Shown in pieces: positions 1-11,762 of a DNA stretch of 64,000 nt. The position numbers and the translations under genes are program-made. The notes below the pieces were generated by a model. The model ran no database searches and had not been told where the DNA came from. It saw only the letters and a program-made list of their open reading frames with translations. Each line of letters begins with the position of its first letter. Positions within the stretch are counted from its first letter, which is position 1. The stretch spans positions 38,940 through 102,939 of the forward strand of contig CAVXSP010000002.1 in the NCBI GenBank assembly GCA_963764505.1. Direction: 5' to 3'. This DNA comes from an uncultured Acidobacteriota bacterium. Its GTDB lineage: Bacteria; Acidobacteriota; Vicinamibacteria; Vicinamibacterales; SCN-69-37.

Positions 1-2
1 GC

Positions 3-857
3 CTTCGTCGCTTGATACCGGAACCGGTCGATGAAGGCCCGCATCCGCGCGATCTCGTCCTCCTGCTCGCGCTTGGCCTTGCGCAGCTGCTCGAGTCGCG
101 TTTCGCGCTCGAGGAGATAGTGCGAGTACGTGCCCACGTAATCGGTGATCGTCCGCAGCGACAGGTCGGCAACCTTCGTGACGACGGCGTCGAGGAAGAA
201 GCGATCGTGCGAGACGAGGATGATCGGGTGCGGGTAGGCGCAGAGGTAGTCCTCGAGCCAGTTCCGCGCGTCGAGATCGAGATGATTCGTCGGCTCGTCG
301 AGCAGCAGCAGCGTCGGGCGCTCGAGCAGCAGCTTGGCGAGCGCGATGCGCATCTGCCAGCCGCCGGAGAATGCCTCCGTCGGCTTGTCGAAATCGGATC
401 TGGAGAAGCCGAGGCCTTCGAGGACCTGCGTGACCCGCAGCTCGATGCTGTGCCCTTCGTGCTGGCGGAAGGAGTCCGTCAGTTCGTGATAGCGGACGAG
501 AAGCTTCTCGTGCTCGCCATCGGGCAGCGCGGGGTCGGCGAGGGCGTGCTCGATGCGCCCGATCTCGGCGCGCGTCTCGAGCAGCGGCCCGAACGCCAGG
601 GAGACTTCCTCGGCCAGCGGGCGGCCCGTGTGCATCAGGCCGTCCTGCGGCAGGTACCCGACGGCGAGTGTGGCCGGCCTGGTGATCGTGCCGCCATCCG
701 GTTCTTCGAGGCCGGCCAGGATCCGCAGCAGCGTGGTCTTCCCCGCGCCGTTCGGTCCGCACAATCCGACCCGTTCGCCCGCGGAAATCTGCCAGGTCAC
801 ATCGTCGAGGAGGACGCGCTCGCCGAAGGACTTGGAAAGGGATTGGAGCTGAATCAT
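3..857 (-). CDS. ABC-F family ATP-binding protein (3' part runs off the window edge)
   Basis: Manual translation from ATG at 857: MIQLQSLSKSFGERVLLDDVTWQISAGERVGLCGPNGAGKTTLL...FSGGWQMRIALAKLLLERPTLLLLDEPTNHLD. Has Walker A, the ABC signature and the DEPTNHLD motif typical of ABC-F. Missing from the ORF track because no stop lies in the window. Confidence 0.92.
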   Translation of the reverse strand, partial: MIQLQSLSKSFGERVLLDDVTWQISAGERVGLCGPNGAGKTTLLRILAGLEEPDGGTITRPATLAVGYLPQDGLMHTGRPLAEEVSLAFGPLLETRAEIGRIEHALADPALPDGEHEKLLVRYHELTDSFRQHEGHSIELRVTQVLEGLGFSRSDFDKPTEAFSGGWQMRIALAKLLLERPTLLLLDEPTNHLDLDARNWLEDYLCAYPHPIILVSHDRFFLDAVVTKVADLSLRTITDYVGTYSHYLLERETRLEQLRKAKREQEDEIARMRAFIDRFRYQATK

Positions 858-944
858 CGGAAAGGCCGCACCTCCGGGCCGGGAAGGTGCGCGCCTTCCC
901 CGACCCGCTGCGGGCCTCGGTCAATTATGACAAACCGCGCGGTC

Positions 945-1544
945 CTACGCCGTTCCCGCTTCGGCGGCGGGCATGGGCTCGCCGAGCGCGCGCGCCGTGG
1001 TGGCGAGAATCCGCGGCAGGCGAAACGGCTTGGTGAGATAGCCCGAGACGCCCAGGTTGATCGCTTCAATCGCGCTGGCCTCGGTGGAGTACCCCGTGAT
1101 GATGATGACAGCCAGGTCGGGCCGAAGCCGCCGGGCCTCGCGAATCACCGACAGGCCGTCCATCCCCGGCATCTTCAGATCCGTGATGAGGAGGTCGTAC
1201 TCGGCGGCGCGCAGCCGGTCGAGTGCCGCGGGACCATCCGAGACCGTTTCCGCGTCGTAGTCGGCCATGGTCAGCGTCTTGGCCAGCAGTTCCCGGACGG
1301 CTTCCTCGTCGTCGACGATGAGGATCCGGGGGCGATTGGCGGCCGCACCCCGAGCCGCCCCCCCGCGTCCCCCCGGACGGCTGGTGGTGAGCCAGTGATC
1401 GATATCCCGCTTGCGGAACCGCCACTGGCGGCCCACGCGAACCGCCGGGATCTTCCCGGCCTTGATGAGCCGGTAGACCGTGCGGAGGTTCACCTGCAGG
1501 TACTCGAGGACTTCCTCGGTCGTGAGGAAATGATCTTCAGGCAT
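945..1544 (-). CDS. Response regulator: N-terminal excisionase-type HTH (HTH_17) fused to a C-terminal receiver domain
   Basis: MPEDHFLTTEEVLEYLQVNLRTVYRLIKAGKIPAVRVGRQWRF is HTH_17. It is followed by ILIVDDE...LLITDLKMPGMDG...ITGY...YLTKPF (REC). Start trimmed to ATG 1544. Confidence 0.9.
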   Translation of the reverse strand: MPEDHFLTTEEVLEYLQVNLRTVYRLIKAGKIPAVRVGRQWRFRKRDIDHWLTTSRPGGRGGAARGAAANRPRILIVDDEEAVRELLAKTLTMADYDAETVSDGPAALDRLRAAEYDLLITDLKMPGMDGLSVIREARRLRPDLAVIIITGYSTEASAIEAINLGVSGYLTKPFRLPRILATTARALGEPMPAAEAGTA

Positions 1545-1815
1545 GGCCTGTCCAAGCCCGGGGAGCAGGACTTGAAGTCTAACACTGGTCCCTGAACGGA
1601 CACTAGCGGCAGTGAAGCCTCGGCGGCGAAACGGTTCCGGCAGGCACGCTGCCGCCCGCGCCGAACTTGGGGGACGGGCCGGCCGGTGCCTATACTGGGG
1701 GAGGCGCCGGCATACCAATCGGCCGCCGTACAGACTGCACTGACGCGTGTGCCGTCTAATTCGCAGACGCGTCTTCCCGCGCGCTCCCTTCCCAGGGGCG
1801 GCGCACAGGGGCCTG

Positions 1816-2424
1816 ATGACCCGGACGGACGAGGAGTTGGTCGCCCGCGCTACGGCGGGTGACCTCGAGAGCTTCAACCAGCTCGTGCTGCGTTGGGAGC
1901 GACCGATCTATGCCTTGGCGTACCGGACGCTCGGCCGGGAAGAGGAGGCGCGCGACGTCGTCCAAGAGGCGTTCCTGCGGGCTTTCCGCGGGTTGCGGGG
2001 CTTCAAGGGAGAAGCGAAATTTTCGTCGTGGCTGTACCGGATTACGCTGAACCTTTGCCGCGACTGGATTCGGCGGGAGCGGCGCGCGCCCCTCGTCCAG
2101 GTGCCCGAGGGCACGGATCCGATCGACCTGGCCGACGATCAGGTGACGCCGGTCGAGTCGGTCGAGGACCTCGTCGCGCGACGGGAAATGTCGCAGGCGG
2201 TGAGCCGGGCGATGGCCGAGCTGCCCGAGGAGCAGCGAACGGCCATCATGCTGAAGGAGTACCACGGCTTGACATTTCAGGAGATCGCGGATTTGCTCGG
2301 CTGTCCCCTGAGCACCGTGAAGACGCGGCTCTACCAGGGCCTGTCTGTTCTCCGCCGGCGACTGGAGCGCCGGCAGGCAGAGGAGGCAAGCCTGAGGCGG
2401 GCTTCGTGGGAATCGAGCTCGTAG
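1816..2424 (+). CDS. ECF RNA polymerase sigma-70 factor
   Basis: MTRTDEELVARATAGDLESFNQLV...DVVQEAFLRAF...FSSWLYRITLN (region 2) and LPEEQRTAIMLKEYHGLTFQEIADLLGCPLSTVKTRLY (region 4). Confidence 0.95.
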   Translation: MTRTDEELVARATAGDLESFNQLVLRWERPIYALAYRTLGREEEARDVVQEAFLRAFRGLRGFKGEAKFSSWLYRITLNLCRDWIRRERRAPLVQVPEGTDPIDLADDQVTPVESVEDLVARREMSQAVSRAMAELPEEQRTAIMLKEYHGLTFQEIADLLGCPLSTVKTRLYQGLSVLRRRLERRQAEEASLRRASWESSS

Positions 2425-2463
2425 GCTCGGCAGGTTCGACCTTCTGTGAAAGTGGTGCCAGCG

Positions 2464-3168
2464 ATGTGTGACGAACGGGAGCGACTTCTCGACTACTTGT
2501 ACGACGCGTGCGAGCCCGACGAACGGCGCACGGTCGAGCGCCACCTCGAAGTCTGTGACGATTGCCGGAGAGAAATCAGCGGGCTGCGCGCCGTGCGCCT
2601 CGACCTGCTCGCCTGGGACGTGCCGGAGCACGAGTCGGTCTGGAAGCCGTTCGCGCCGGCACGGTTCAAGCCGTGGTACCGCGAGGTGCCCGCCTGGGCA
2701 CTCGCGGCGGCGGCCAGCGTGACCTTTGCCGTGGGGCTCGCTGGCGGCCTGGTGGCCCGCGTGCTGGCGCCGACCCCCGCCGTGGCTGTGGCGGCCCCGC
2801 CGGCGTCCTTGATGCCGGCGATCGTGCCGGCCGCGCCCGCGGCCACGCAGGCCGACCTGGCGGCCATGCAGGACCGGATTCTCGAAACCGTGCGGACCGA
2901 GGTGGATCAGCGCATCACCCCGATTGCCGCGCACGTCCAGAGCGCGAGCGCGACCGCCGGCCGGGACGAGCTATTGGGGGAAATGCGCCGGCTGGTGGCG
3001 ACCAGCGAGGAGCGCCAGCGCGCGGCGCTGAACGCGAGCATTTTCAACTGGCTCAGGGATTCCCAGCAGACGTTCGTCACCAACCGCCAGTTCAACACCT
3101 GGCGCAAGGAGCTCGGTCCGAGCATGCACTCCGCTCTGGTGGCTTTCCAGCAGAGCGAGAAACAGTGA
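2464..3168 (+). CDS. Membrane anti-sigma factor with zf-HC2 (ZAS) domain
   Basis: HLEVCDDC (HxxxCxxC) near the N-terminus, then one TM segment (WALAAAASVTFAVGLAGG); directly downstream of the ECF sigma. Confidence 0.85.
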   Translation: MCDERERLLDYLYDACEPDERRTVERHLEVCDDCRREISGLRAVRLDLLAWDVPEHESVWKPFAPARFKPWYREVPAWALAAAASVTFAVGLAGGLVARVLAPTPAVAVAAPPASLMPAIVPAAPAATQADLAAMQDRILETVRTEVDQRITPIAAHVQSASATAGRDELLGEMRRLVATSEERQRAALNASIFNWLRDSQQTFVTNRQFNTWRKELGPSMHSALVAFQQSEKQ

Positions 3169-3182
3169 CGGGCGGAGGGCAC

Positions 3183-3950
3183 GTGATTCGACGAGAGACC
3201 GTCGTTGGTTCGATTCTGATGTTGACCCTGGCCTCCCCGGCCCTGGCGCAGCGCGCGGCCGCGACGTCCGACGATCTCCGGCTGCGCAACCAGCTCCAGA
3301 CGTTCGAGGTCGTGCTGCAGGCGGCCGTCCGGCAGGGCGGCGACGCGTTCGCCCGGCAGCAGGCCCAATCCATTCCGCCCGGTGTCCAACTGACAGCGAA
3401 CGATCCCCAGGTGCGAGGGTTCATCTTCTCGCCCGAGGGCGGAGGGTTCCTGTTTTCCGTGGTCGTCCCGTCGATTCGGCCGACGATCAGCGAACTGCTG
3501 GTCGAAGGCCAGCCGCCTCGGCGCGCCGATCCCCAGGATTCGCTCCGTCCCGTCGCCGGCTCGGCGCCGGGTCGGGTGCCGGAGGCCTCGGCGCAGGGCG
3601 TGGCCGTGCCCGACCCGATGACCGCGTCGCCGGTCATCGACGACGGCCGGTGCGCCTCGCGCGTGAAGCCGTCGACCGGCTACCCGAATCGAGACTATGA
3701 GTATGCCGTCGACGTCTGCGACGCGCTCATGGATGCGATCCTGGACAACTCGGGAGCGCTGCCGATCAAGGAGAACGAATGGCTGACGGTCGCGGCCGTG
3801 AACGAAGATCCGGATCCGCCGAACTTCATCAACAGCTCGACCCGCTACACCACCTATCTCTCCATCAAAGGGGCCGATCTGCTCGCATACCGACAGAACC
3901 GGATTACGAAGGACGAGGCTCGCAAGGCGCTGGAAATGAAGCTTCGGTGA
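3183..3950 (+). CDS. Exported hypothetical protein (third gene of the ECF operon)
   Basis: GGAGGG then GTG at 3183; signal peptide-like VIRRETVVGSILMLTLASPALAQ; coding-like composition. Confidence 0.7.
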   Translation: MIRRETVVGSILMLTLASPALAQRAAATSDDLRLRNQLQTFEVVLQAAVRQGGDAFARQQAQSIPPGVQLTANDPQVRGFIFSPEGGGFLFSVVVPSIRPTISELLVEGQPPRRADPQDSLRPVAGSAPGRVPEASAQGVAVPDPMTASPVIDDGRCASRVKPSTGYPNRDYEYAVDVCDALMDAILDNSGALPIKENEWLTVAAVNEDPDPPNFINSSTRYTTYLSIKGADLLAYRQNRITKDEARKALEMKLR

Positions 3951-3967
3951 GCTACAATCAGCCCGCC

Positions 3968-4468
3968 ATGATCCGCGCCTGGGTCGCCTCCCTATCCCTG
4001 GTGGCCGCGGTCGGCGTCCTGCTGACGACGACGGCCTGTGGGCCCTCGGTGGACCTGTCGAAAGCCCTCCAAGTAACCGACGTGCTGACGGGTTACTACG
4101 ATGCGGGCCTGAAGGACGGCTGGAACTACCTGAAGCCCAGCATCAGCTTCCGTCTTCGGAACACGGGCGATCAGAAGATCGGCCCCGTCCAAGTGACCGT
4201 GGCGTTCTGGCGCGACGGCGAGGACGGAGAGTGGGACTCGACCGTCCTGCAGGGCGTCCATGCCGAGGGGCTGGCCGCCGGCGCGACGACGGACTCGCTC
4301 CTGGCCCGATGCAATGTCGGGTACAAGCTGGAAGGAGCGCGAGCGGACTTCTTTTCGCACAGCAGCTTCCAGAGCGTGACAGCCAAGCTCTTTGCCAGTC
4401 AGGCGGGCAAGATCTTTCCGATCGGCCAGTTCAAGTTGGACCAGGTGATCATTCCCCACCTGGAGTAA
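3968..4468 (+). CDS. Hypothetical lipoprotein
   Basis: MIRAWVASLSLVAAVGVLLTTTA-C lipobox-like signal; TACAAT lies 9 nt upstream of the ATG. Confidence 0.7.
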   Translation: MIRAWVASLSLVAAVGVLLTTTACGPSVDLSKALQVTDVLTGYYDAGLKDGWNYLKPSISFRLRNTGDQKIGPVQVTVAFWRDGEDGEWDSTVLQGVHAEGLAAGATTDSLLARCNVGYKLEGARADFFSHSSFQSVTAKLFASQAGKIFPIGQFKLDQVIIPHLE

Positions 4469-4489
4469 GTGCCCTCCTGGCTCGGGCGC

Positions 4490-5351
4490 CTACCGCCTCT
4501 CGAGAGACCCTCGAACCGTCATCGTCCTGTCCGCTTCGACGTCGACCGTGAACGTCTGCGGATCGTAGCCGTCCGCCCGCACCTCGATCTCGTGCCGTCC
4601 GATTGGGACGACGAGATGATCGGTCAGGCCGTCGAACTGGTCGACGACGCCCATGAACGTCCCATCGACGTAGACCTTGCCGCTGTTCGGTCTAACGCGG
4701 ACGCGCACGGATCCCGTGGGTTCCGGACTGGTTGACGGGCTTCCCTCCGGCAGGGAATAGCCGCCGCGTACCGCCGTAGCCGCCGTAGCCACCGTAACCG
4801 CCGTAGCCGTACGACCCGCCCAGCCACGGGTCATAGAAGGGACCATAGCCGAAGGTGTCGTAGGGGTTGTACCAGGCGCCGTAGAGGCCCCAGTAGGAGC
4901 CGTAGTAGAAGGGGCTGTAGGACCCGAAGCCGTTATACCAGTTCAGCCCGGATCCGTACCGCGGATACAGGCCGCCGGCACCATAGAACCGGGGGCTGCG
5001 CACCGTCCCGCGGGGAACGGCGCCGCCCGCGATTGGACGGCCTGCGCTGTCGCGGCTCAATGTCGTGCCGCCCTCGTTCGGAGCCGGCTGGCTGGACGAG
5101 CTCGAGCCCGAGCGCACGCGCGGCGCGCGCGCGGAGGGGGGCGCCGGGGTTCGCATCGGGCGGGACGGCTCGGGCGAGCTGACCGAGCCCGACCCAGAGG
5201 ATCCGGAGCTCGACCCGCCGGAGCTTCCCGAACGGGACGAGCCGGACGACAATCCCGAGCCGCGCGGCACGGCCTGTGCCGAGGCGACGCCCGGTAGTGT
5301 GAGTGCCACCGTGACGACGACGCCAGCCATGAGCTGCATTTGCTTTGACAT
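4490..5351 (-). CDS. Exported PEGA-domain protein with S/G-rich and Y/G-rich low-complexity regions (frameshift near 4766-4772)
   Basis: Signal peptide plus low-complexity N-part in ORF 4692..5351. The PEGA domain (GSVRVRVRPNSGKVYVDG...VPIGRHEIEVRADGY) is in ORF 4490..4846. The frames join inside the YGG-coding 9-bp repeat. Confidence 0.8.
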
Positions 5352-5390
5352 GATCGACTCCGCTGCGCGTGTCCTGTGTGGGTTCCCTGG

Positions 5391-5406
5391 TGCAACTTTA
5401 CTGCCA
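5391..5406 (-). promoter_or_regulatory. Sigma54 (-24/-12) promoter of the PEGA gene
   Basis: Minus strand TGGCAGTAAAGTTGCA = GG-N10-GC with TTGCA, 40 nt upstream of ATG 5351. Confidence 0.7.
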
Positions 5407-5503
5407 CGCGCGTCCGACGTAAACAGTGCGCCTCGCGCGCGCGGACGCGACGGTGTCCTCCCGCCTTGCCCTCCTCTGCGGACGGCACTACGATTCGAAG
5501 GAG

Positions 5504-6033
5504 ATGCCCACGCCTCACGCCACGACCGTGCTGGCCGTCCGACATGGCGGCAAGGTGGTGATGGCCAGTGACGGACAGGTGACGCTCGGACAGGCGGTCG
5601 TCAAGCACACGGCCAGAAAAGTGCGGCGGCTGTATCACGATCGCGTGCTCGCGGGCTTCGCGGGCGCGGCGGCGGACGGATTCGCGCTCTTCAGCCGGTT
5701 CGAGAGCAAACTGGAGGAGCACCGCGGCAATCTCGAACGGGCCGCGGTGGAGCTTGCCCGCGACTGGCGCACCGATCGCGTCCTCCGGCGGCTCGAAGCG
5801 ATGCTGCTCGTGGCCGACCCGCGCATCATGTACCTGCTGTCCGGCACGGGCGACCTCATCGAGCCCGACGACGGCATCATGGGGATCGGGTCGGGGGGCG
5901 CGTTCGCGATGGCAGCGGCGCGTGCGCTCGTGCTGCACAGCACGCTCGAGGCGCGGGCGATCGTCGAGCAGGCCATGCACATCGCCGCCGACATCTGCAT
6001 CTACACGAACACGCGGCTCACCCTGGAACAACT

Positions 6034-6037
<4 letters not shown>
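5504..6037 (+). CDS. hslV: ATP-dependent protease peptidase subunit HslV
   Basis: HATTVLAVR (N-terminal Thr nucleophile), DGQVTLG, LAGFAG, DWRTDR, GSGG; overlaps hslU. Confidence 0.97.
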
Positions 6038-7412
<1,375 letters not shown>

Positions 7413-7416
<4 letters not shown>

Positions 7417-8696
7417 GCCGGCGCAGGCCTCGGGTGCCGGCCGTGCTGCTGGCCCTGGGGCTCGCGGCCGCCTGCGGCAAGCGTGGCAACCCGCAGGCGC
7501 CCATCCGGCCCGTCCCCGCGGCGGTCACGAATCTGTCGGCCCGGCGCATCGGCGATCGCGTCGAGATCCGCTTCGTCGTGCCGAGCGAGAATCGCGACGG
7601 CTCGGCTCCTCCAGCCATTTCCGCCGTCGAAATCTACGGGGCCGCGGGCCCGCCCGCGCCCGTCCAGCCCGCGCCGTTCGCGATGCCGCCCGTGCCGCTC
7701 TCCATCCCGATTGGCGGGACGGCCGTTCCCGTCGTCTCCGCGCCCCTCGCGATTGGCCGGTTCTCGCAGGTGCAGCTGGCCGAGCCGTCCGACCGCGCGA
7801 GCGCGGGAGGGCGAGCGAACCGCGTGACGCCGGCCGCGACGACGGTTGCCGCGATCCTGACGTCGAAGTACCTTCGCGCGCGGATCGCCGTCCGGCCGCC
7901 GCCGAAGCCGTTGGCCGACGGTGAAGCGGCGCCCGGACAACGCGAGGCGCCGCCGGATACGCGACCCGGGCCGGGCATGCCGGCGTCGTTCTCCGAGCAG
8001 ATCGATGCCGCCCGCGCGGCGGCGGCGGCTTCCCCGGACGTCTCGGTGCTCCGGTACGTCGTGGTGGGCGTTGCCGGCGGCCATCGTCTCGGCGCTCCGT
8101 CCCCGGTGCTCGAGGTGCCCCTCACGCTCGACGTGGCGCCGCCGACCGGCCTGGCGGCCAGCTACGACGAGACCACGCTGAAGCTGGCCTGGACGGCGGG
8201 CGCGCCCGCGCAGAGCTACCGTGTCTACCGCGCGGATTCGCAGGGAGCGGAGGAGCCGAGCCCGCTCGACCCGGCTCCGCTGACGGCGCCGACGTTCAGC
8301 CTGCCCGTCGAGCTCGGACGCGAACAGTGTTTCACCGTCCGGGCCGTGGCCGCGCGCGGACCGGCCAGCGTGGACAGCGATCCGGCCGGACCGCTCTGCA
8401 TCCGGCCCGTGGACACGTTTCCGCCGCCGGCGCCGACCGGCCTGTCGGGGCTTCCCACCGAAACGCAAATCCAGCTGCTGTGGACGCCGGTACTGGTCTC
8501 CGATCTTGCCGGCTATCTCGTGCTCCGCGGTCAGGACGGATCCACCCCCGTGCCGATCACCGCCGATCCGCTCCCCGAGCCGCGCTACACTGACACGAAG
8601 ATCAGCCCCGGCGTGCGCTACACCTACGCCGTCGTCGCGGTCGACAAGGCGGGCAACCGGAGCCAGCCGTCGAGCACCATCGACGAGACCAGATAA
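7413..8696 (+). CDS. Lipoprotein with fibronectin type III domains
   Basis: Lipobox [13 protein letters not shown]3-like segments PPTGLAA...LAW...YRVYR and [11 protein letters not shown]...YTDT...[15 protein letters not shown]. Confidence 0.82.
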
Positions 8697-8711
8697 TCGG
8701 GACCAGTCAGC

Positions 8712-9476
8712 ATGCGTCGTCTCTATCGAATCGTGCACGAGGGTGCGCCGCGGTACGCAAGCGAGCGCGAGGGCCGTTGGCGCCTGGTGGACGGAGACAT
8801 CTTCGAGGGCGCCCGGGACGGCGCCGAGATTTCGCCGGAGGGGCTCGAGATCCTGCCGCCGGTCCTTCCGTCCAAGCTCGTCTGCGTCGGTCTCAACTAT
8901 CGCGACCATGCGGCCGAACAGAAGAAGGCGCTGCCGCCGGAGCCGCTCCTCTTCATCAAGCCGTCGACGGCGGTCATCGGCCCGGGCGCCCCGATTCGCA
9001 TTCCGGAGTGGGCCGGCCGCGTGGATCACGAGGCGGAGCTGGGGCTGGTGATCGGCAAGCCGACCTTCAAAGTGAGGGCGAACAGAGCCGCCGAGCACCT
9101 GCTCGGGCTCACGTGCGTCAACGACGTCACGGCGCGCGAGCTGCAGGCCAGGGACGGCCAGTACACGCGCGCCAAGGGATTCGACTCGTTCGCGCCAATC
9201 GGTCCGGCCATCGCGGTGGGCCTGGAGGGCCGCGACCTGCGGGTGGCCGGCTACGTGAACGGCGATCTGAGGCAGGACTCGCGGACGCGGGAGCTGATCT
9301 TCACGATCCCCGAGCTGATCGAGTTCATTTCCTCCGTCATGACGCTGCTGCCCGGCGATATCATTTCAACAGGGACTCCGGCCGGGATCGGCCCCATCCG
9401 GCCGGGAGACTCGGTGACCGTTCACGTCGAAGGCGTCGGCGCGCTGACGAACCCTGTCGTGGCGCGCGGGGACTGA
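8712..9476 (+). CDS. Fumarylacetoacetate hydrolase family protein
   Basis: KLVCVGLNYRDH, DHEAELGLVIGK, NDVTARELQ, AKGFDSFAPIGP, LLPGDIISTGTPAGIG. Confidence 0.95.
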   Translation: MRRLYRIVHEGAPRYASEREGRWRLVDGDIFEGARDGAEISPEGLEILPPVLPSKLVCVGLNYRDHAAEQKKALPPEPLLFIKPSTAVIGPGAPIRIPEWAGRVDHEAELGLVIGKPTFKVRANRAAEHLLGLTCVNDVTARELQARDGQYTRAKGFDSFAPIGPAIAVGLEGRDLRVAGYVNGDLRQDSRTRELIFTIPELIEFISSVMTLLPGDIISTGTPAGIGPIRPGDSVTVHVEGVGALTNPVVARGD

Positions 9477-9514
9477 GCCCGGCGGCTGCGGCGCATCAGT
9501 GGAGCAGACATCCC

Positions 9515-10168
9515 ATGAAGCTGTTCATCGATAGCGGCAATCTCAAGGACTTCGAGTCCCTCGTGCCTCTCGGCATCATCGACGGCGCGACGACCAATCC
9601 CTCGCTGCTGGCCAAGGAGGGCGGCGACGCGCGCGCGATCGTCAAGAAGATCTGCGACCTCGTCCAGGGACCCGTCAGTGCGGAGGTCGTGTCGACGGAG
9701 GCGGCGGGCATGATCGCGGAGGGCCGCGAGCTGGCGAAGATCGACGATCACGTCGTCGTGAAGGTCCCGTTCGGACGGGAAGGAATGAAGGCGCTCAGGA
9801 CGCTGTCGTCCGAGGGCATCCGCGTGAACGTCACGCTGATCTTCTCGCCCACCCAGGCGCTCTTCGCCGCGAAGGTCGGCGCGGCGTACGTGAGTCCGTT
9901 TGTCGGCCGCCTGGACGATATCGCGTCCGACGGCATGCGTCTGATCCAGGAAATCTCGACGATGTTCAAGCACTACGCGTTCGTGACGGAGATTCTGGTC
10001 GCCAGCGTGCGGTCGCCGATGCACATCGTGCAGGCGGCCATGATGGGCGCGGATATCTGCACCTGTCCGGCGGGCGTGCTGGACGCGTGCTTCAATCATC
10101 CGCTCACCGACATCGGCCTGCAGAAGTTCCTGAGGGACTGGGAGAAGGCGCAGACCGTCAAGGTCTAG
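9515..10168 (+). CDS. tal: Transaldolase (small FSA/TalC-type)
   Basis: MKLFIDS...TTNPSL...SAEV...VVKVP (Schiff-base Lys)...NVTLIFS...[11 protein letters not shown]. The Glu and Phe signature favours transaldolase over FSA. Confidence 0.92.
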   Translation: MKLFIDSGNLKDFESLVPLGIIDGATTNPSLLAKEGGDARAIVKKICDLVQGPVSAEVVSTEAAGMIAEGRELAKIDDHVVVKVPFGREGMKALRTLSSEGIRVNVTLIFSPTQALFAAKVGAAYVSPFVGRLDDIASDGMRLIQEISTMFKHYAFVTEILVASVRSPMHIVQAAMMGADICTCPAGVLDACFNHPLTDIGLQKFLRDWEKAQTVKV

Positions 10169-10220
10169 CCGGCGGCCGCCCTTCGAGCTGCCGGCCCGTC
10201 CGCGCCGCCGTGCCACCTGC

Positions 10221-11762
10221 ATGGACCCCCAGGATCGCCTCGCGGATCTCGAGCACCAGGCCGAGCTCGGCGGCGGCCTCGGCCGTCAGCAACGCCAGCG
10301 CGACGCCGGGAAGCTGACCGCGCGAGAGAGGATCGACCGGCTGTTCGACGCGGATAGCTTCGAGGAGCTCGACAAGCTGGTCACGCACCGCTGTCGCGAC
10401 TTCGGCATGGCGGACGAGCTCGTGCCGGGTGACGGCGTGATCGCGGGACACGGCCGGATCGACGGCCGGCCGGTGTACACCTTCGCCCAGGATTTCACGG
10501 TCTTCGGCGGGTCCCTCTCGGAGACGAATGCCGCGAAGATCGTGAAGATCATGGATCTCGCGGTGACTATGGGCGCGCCGATCGTGGGGCTCAACGACTC
10601 GGGCGGCGCGCGCATCCAGGAAGGCGTGCTGTCGCTCGCCGGGTACGCGGACATCTTCCTGCGCAACACGCTGGCGTCCGGCGTCGTGCCGCAGATCTCG
10701 GCGGTCATGGGCCCCTGCGCGGGCGGCGCCGTCTACTCGCCGGCAATCACGGACTTCACCGTCATGGTCGAGGGGACGAGCTACATGTTCGTCACCGGAC
10801 CGGACGTCATCAGGACCGTCACGCACGAGGCGGTCACCAAGGACGAGCTCGGCGGCGCCATGACCCACAACGCGAAGAGCGGGGTCGCGCACTTCGCCGT
10901 GCCGGACGATCCCGCCTGCCTGCGGCTGATTCGCGATCTGCTGGGCTATCTGCCGTCCAACAATCTCGACGACCCGCCGCGGATCGCGACCGCCGATCCC
11001 GTCGATCGCGAGTCGCCGGCGCTCGATGCGCTGGTCCCGCCGCAGCCGAACCAGCCGTACGACATGCACGAGCTCATCCGGACCGTGGTCGACGACGAGG
11101 GATTTCTCGAGGTGCATCGGCACTTCGCGCCGAATCTCGTGACCGGATTCGCGCGGCTCGGCGGGCGCGCGGTTGGCGTCGTCGCCAACCAGCCCGCGGT
11201 GCTGGCCGGCTGCCTGGACATCGACGCTTCCGTGAAGGGCGCGCGCTTCGTCCGGTTCTGCGATGCGTTCAACATCCCGCTCGTCACGTTCGAGGACGTG
11301 CCGGGATTCCTGCCGGGCGTGCGGCAGGAGCACAGCGGCATCATCCGGGCGGGCGCGAAGCTGCTGTATGCGTTCGCCGAGGCCACGGTGCCGAAAGTCA
11401 CGGTGATCACCAGGAAGGCGTACGGCGGCGCCTACTGCGTGATGGCCAGCAAGCACATCCGCACGGATTTCAACTTCGCCTATCCGACCGCGGAGATCGC
11501 CGTGATGGGCCCCGAAGGCGCGGTGAACATCCTGTTCCGTCGGGAGCTGCAGGACGCGGCGGATCCGGCGGCACTGCGCGCGAAGCTCGTGGCCGAGTTC
11601 CGGGAGAAGCTGGCCAATCCATTCGTCGCCGCATCGCGCGGGTTCATCGACGAGATCATCCGGCCCCGCCAGACACGGCAGAAGCTCGTCGCCGCGCTGC
11701 AGAGCTGCGACACCAAGCGCGAGCGGACGCCGCCGAAGAAGCACGGGAACATTCCTCTATGA
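10221..11762 (+). CDS. pccB: Acyl-CoA (propionyl/methylmalonyl-CoA) carboxylase carboxyltransferase beta subunit
   Basis: [64 protein letters not shown]. Confidence 0.93.
   Translation: MDPQDRLADLEHQAELGGGLGRQQRQRDAGKLTARERIDRLFDADSFEELDKLVTHRCRDFGMADELVPGDGVIAGHGRIDGRPVYTFAQDFTVFGGSLSETNAAKIVKIMDLAVTMGAPIVGLNDSGGARIQEGVLSLAGYADIFLRNTLASGVVPQISAVMGPCAGGAVYSPAITDFTVMVEGTSYMFVTGPDVIRTVTHEAVTKDELGGAMTHNAKSGVAHFAVPDDPACLRLIRDLLGYLPSNNLDDPPRIATADPVDRESPALDALVPPQPNQPYDMHELIRTVVDDEGFLEVHRHFAPNLVTGFARLGGRAVGVVANQPAVLAGCLDIDASVKGARFVRFCDAFNIPLVTFEDVPGFLPGVRQEHSGIIRAGAKLLYAFAEATVPKVTVITRKAYGGAYCVMASKHIRTDFNFAYPTAEIAVMGPEGAVNILFRRELQDAADPAALRAKLVAEFREKLANPFVAASRGFIDEIIRPRQTRQKLVAALQSCDTKRERTPPKKHGNIPL

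Noticed and set aside
945-1544. Prophage or ICE excisionase
   Set aside because: The HTH_17 is fused to a receiver domain; no integrase, att site or phage genes.
12-1595. 527-aa plus-strand ORF
   Set aside because: Antisense shadow of the ABC-F and HTH-REC genes; no recognisable motifs.
1663-1759. ECF autoregulatory promoter (GAACTT at 1663, GTCTAA at 1754)
   Set aside because: The two half-sites are far apart, and neither has a properly spaced partner.
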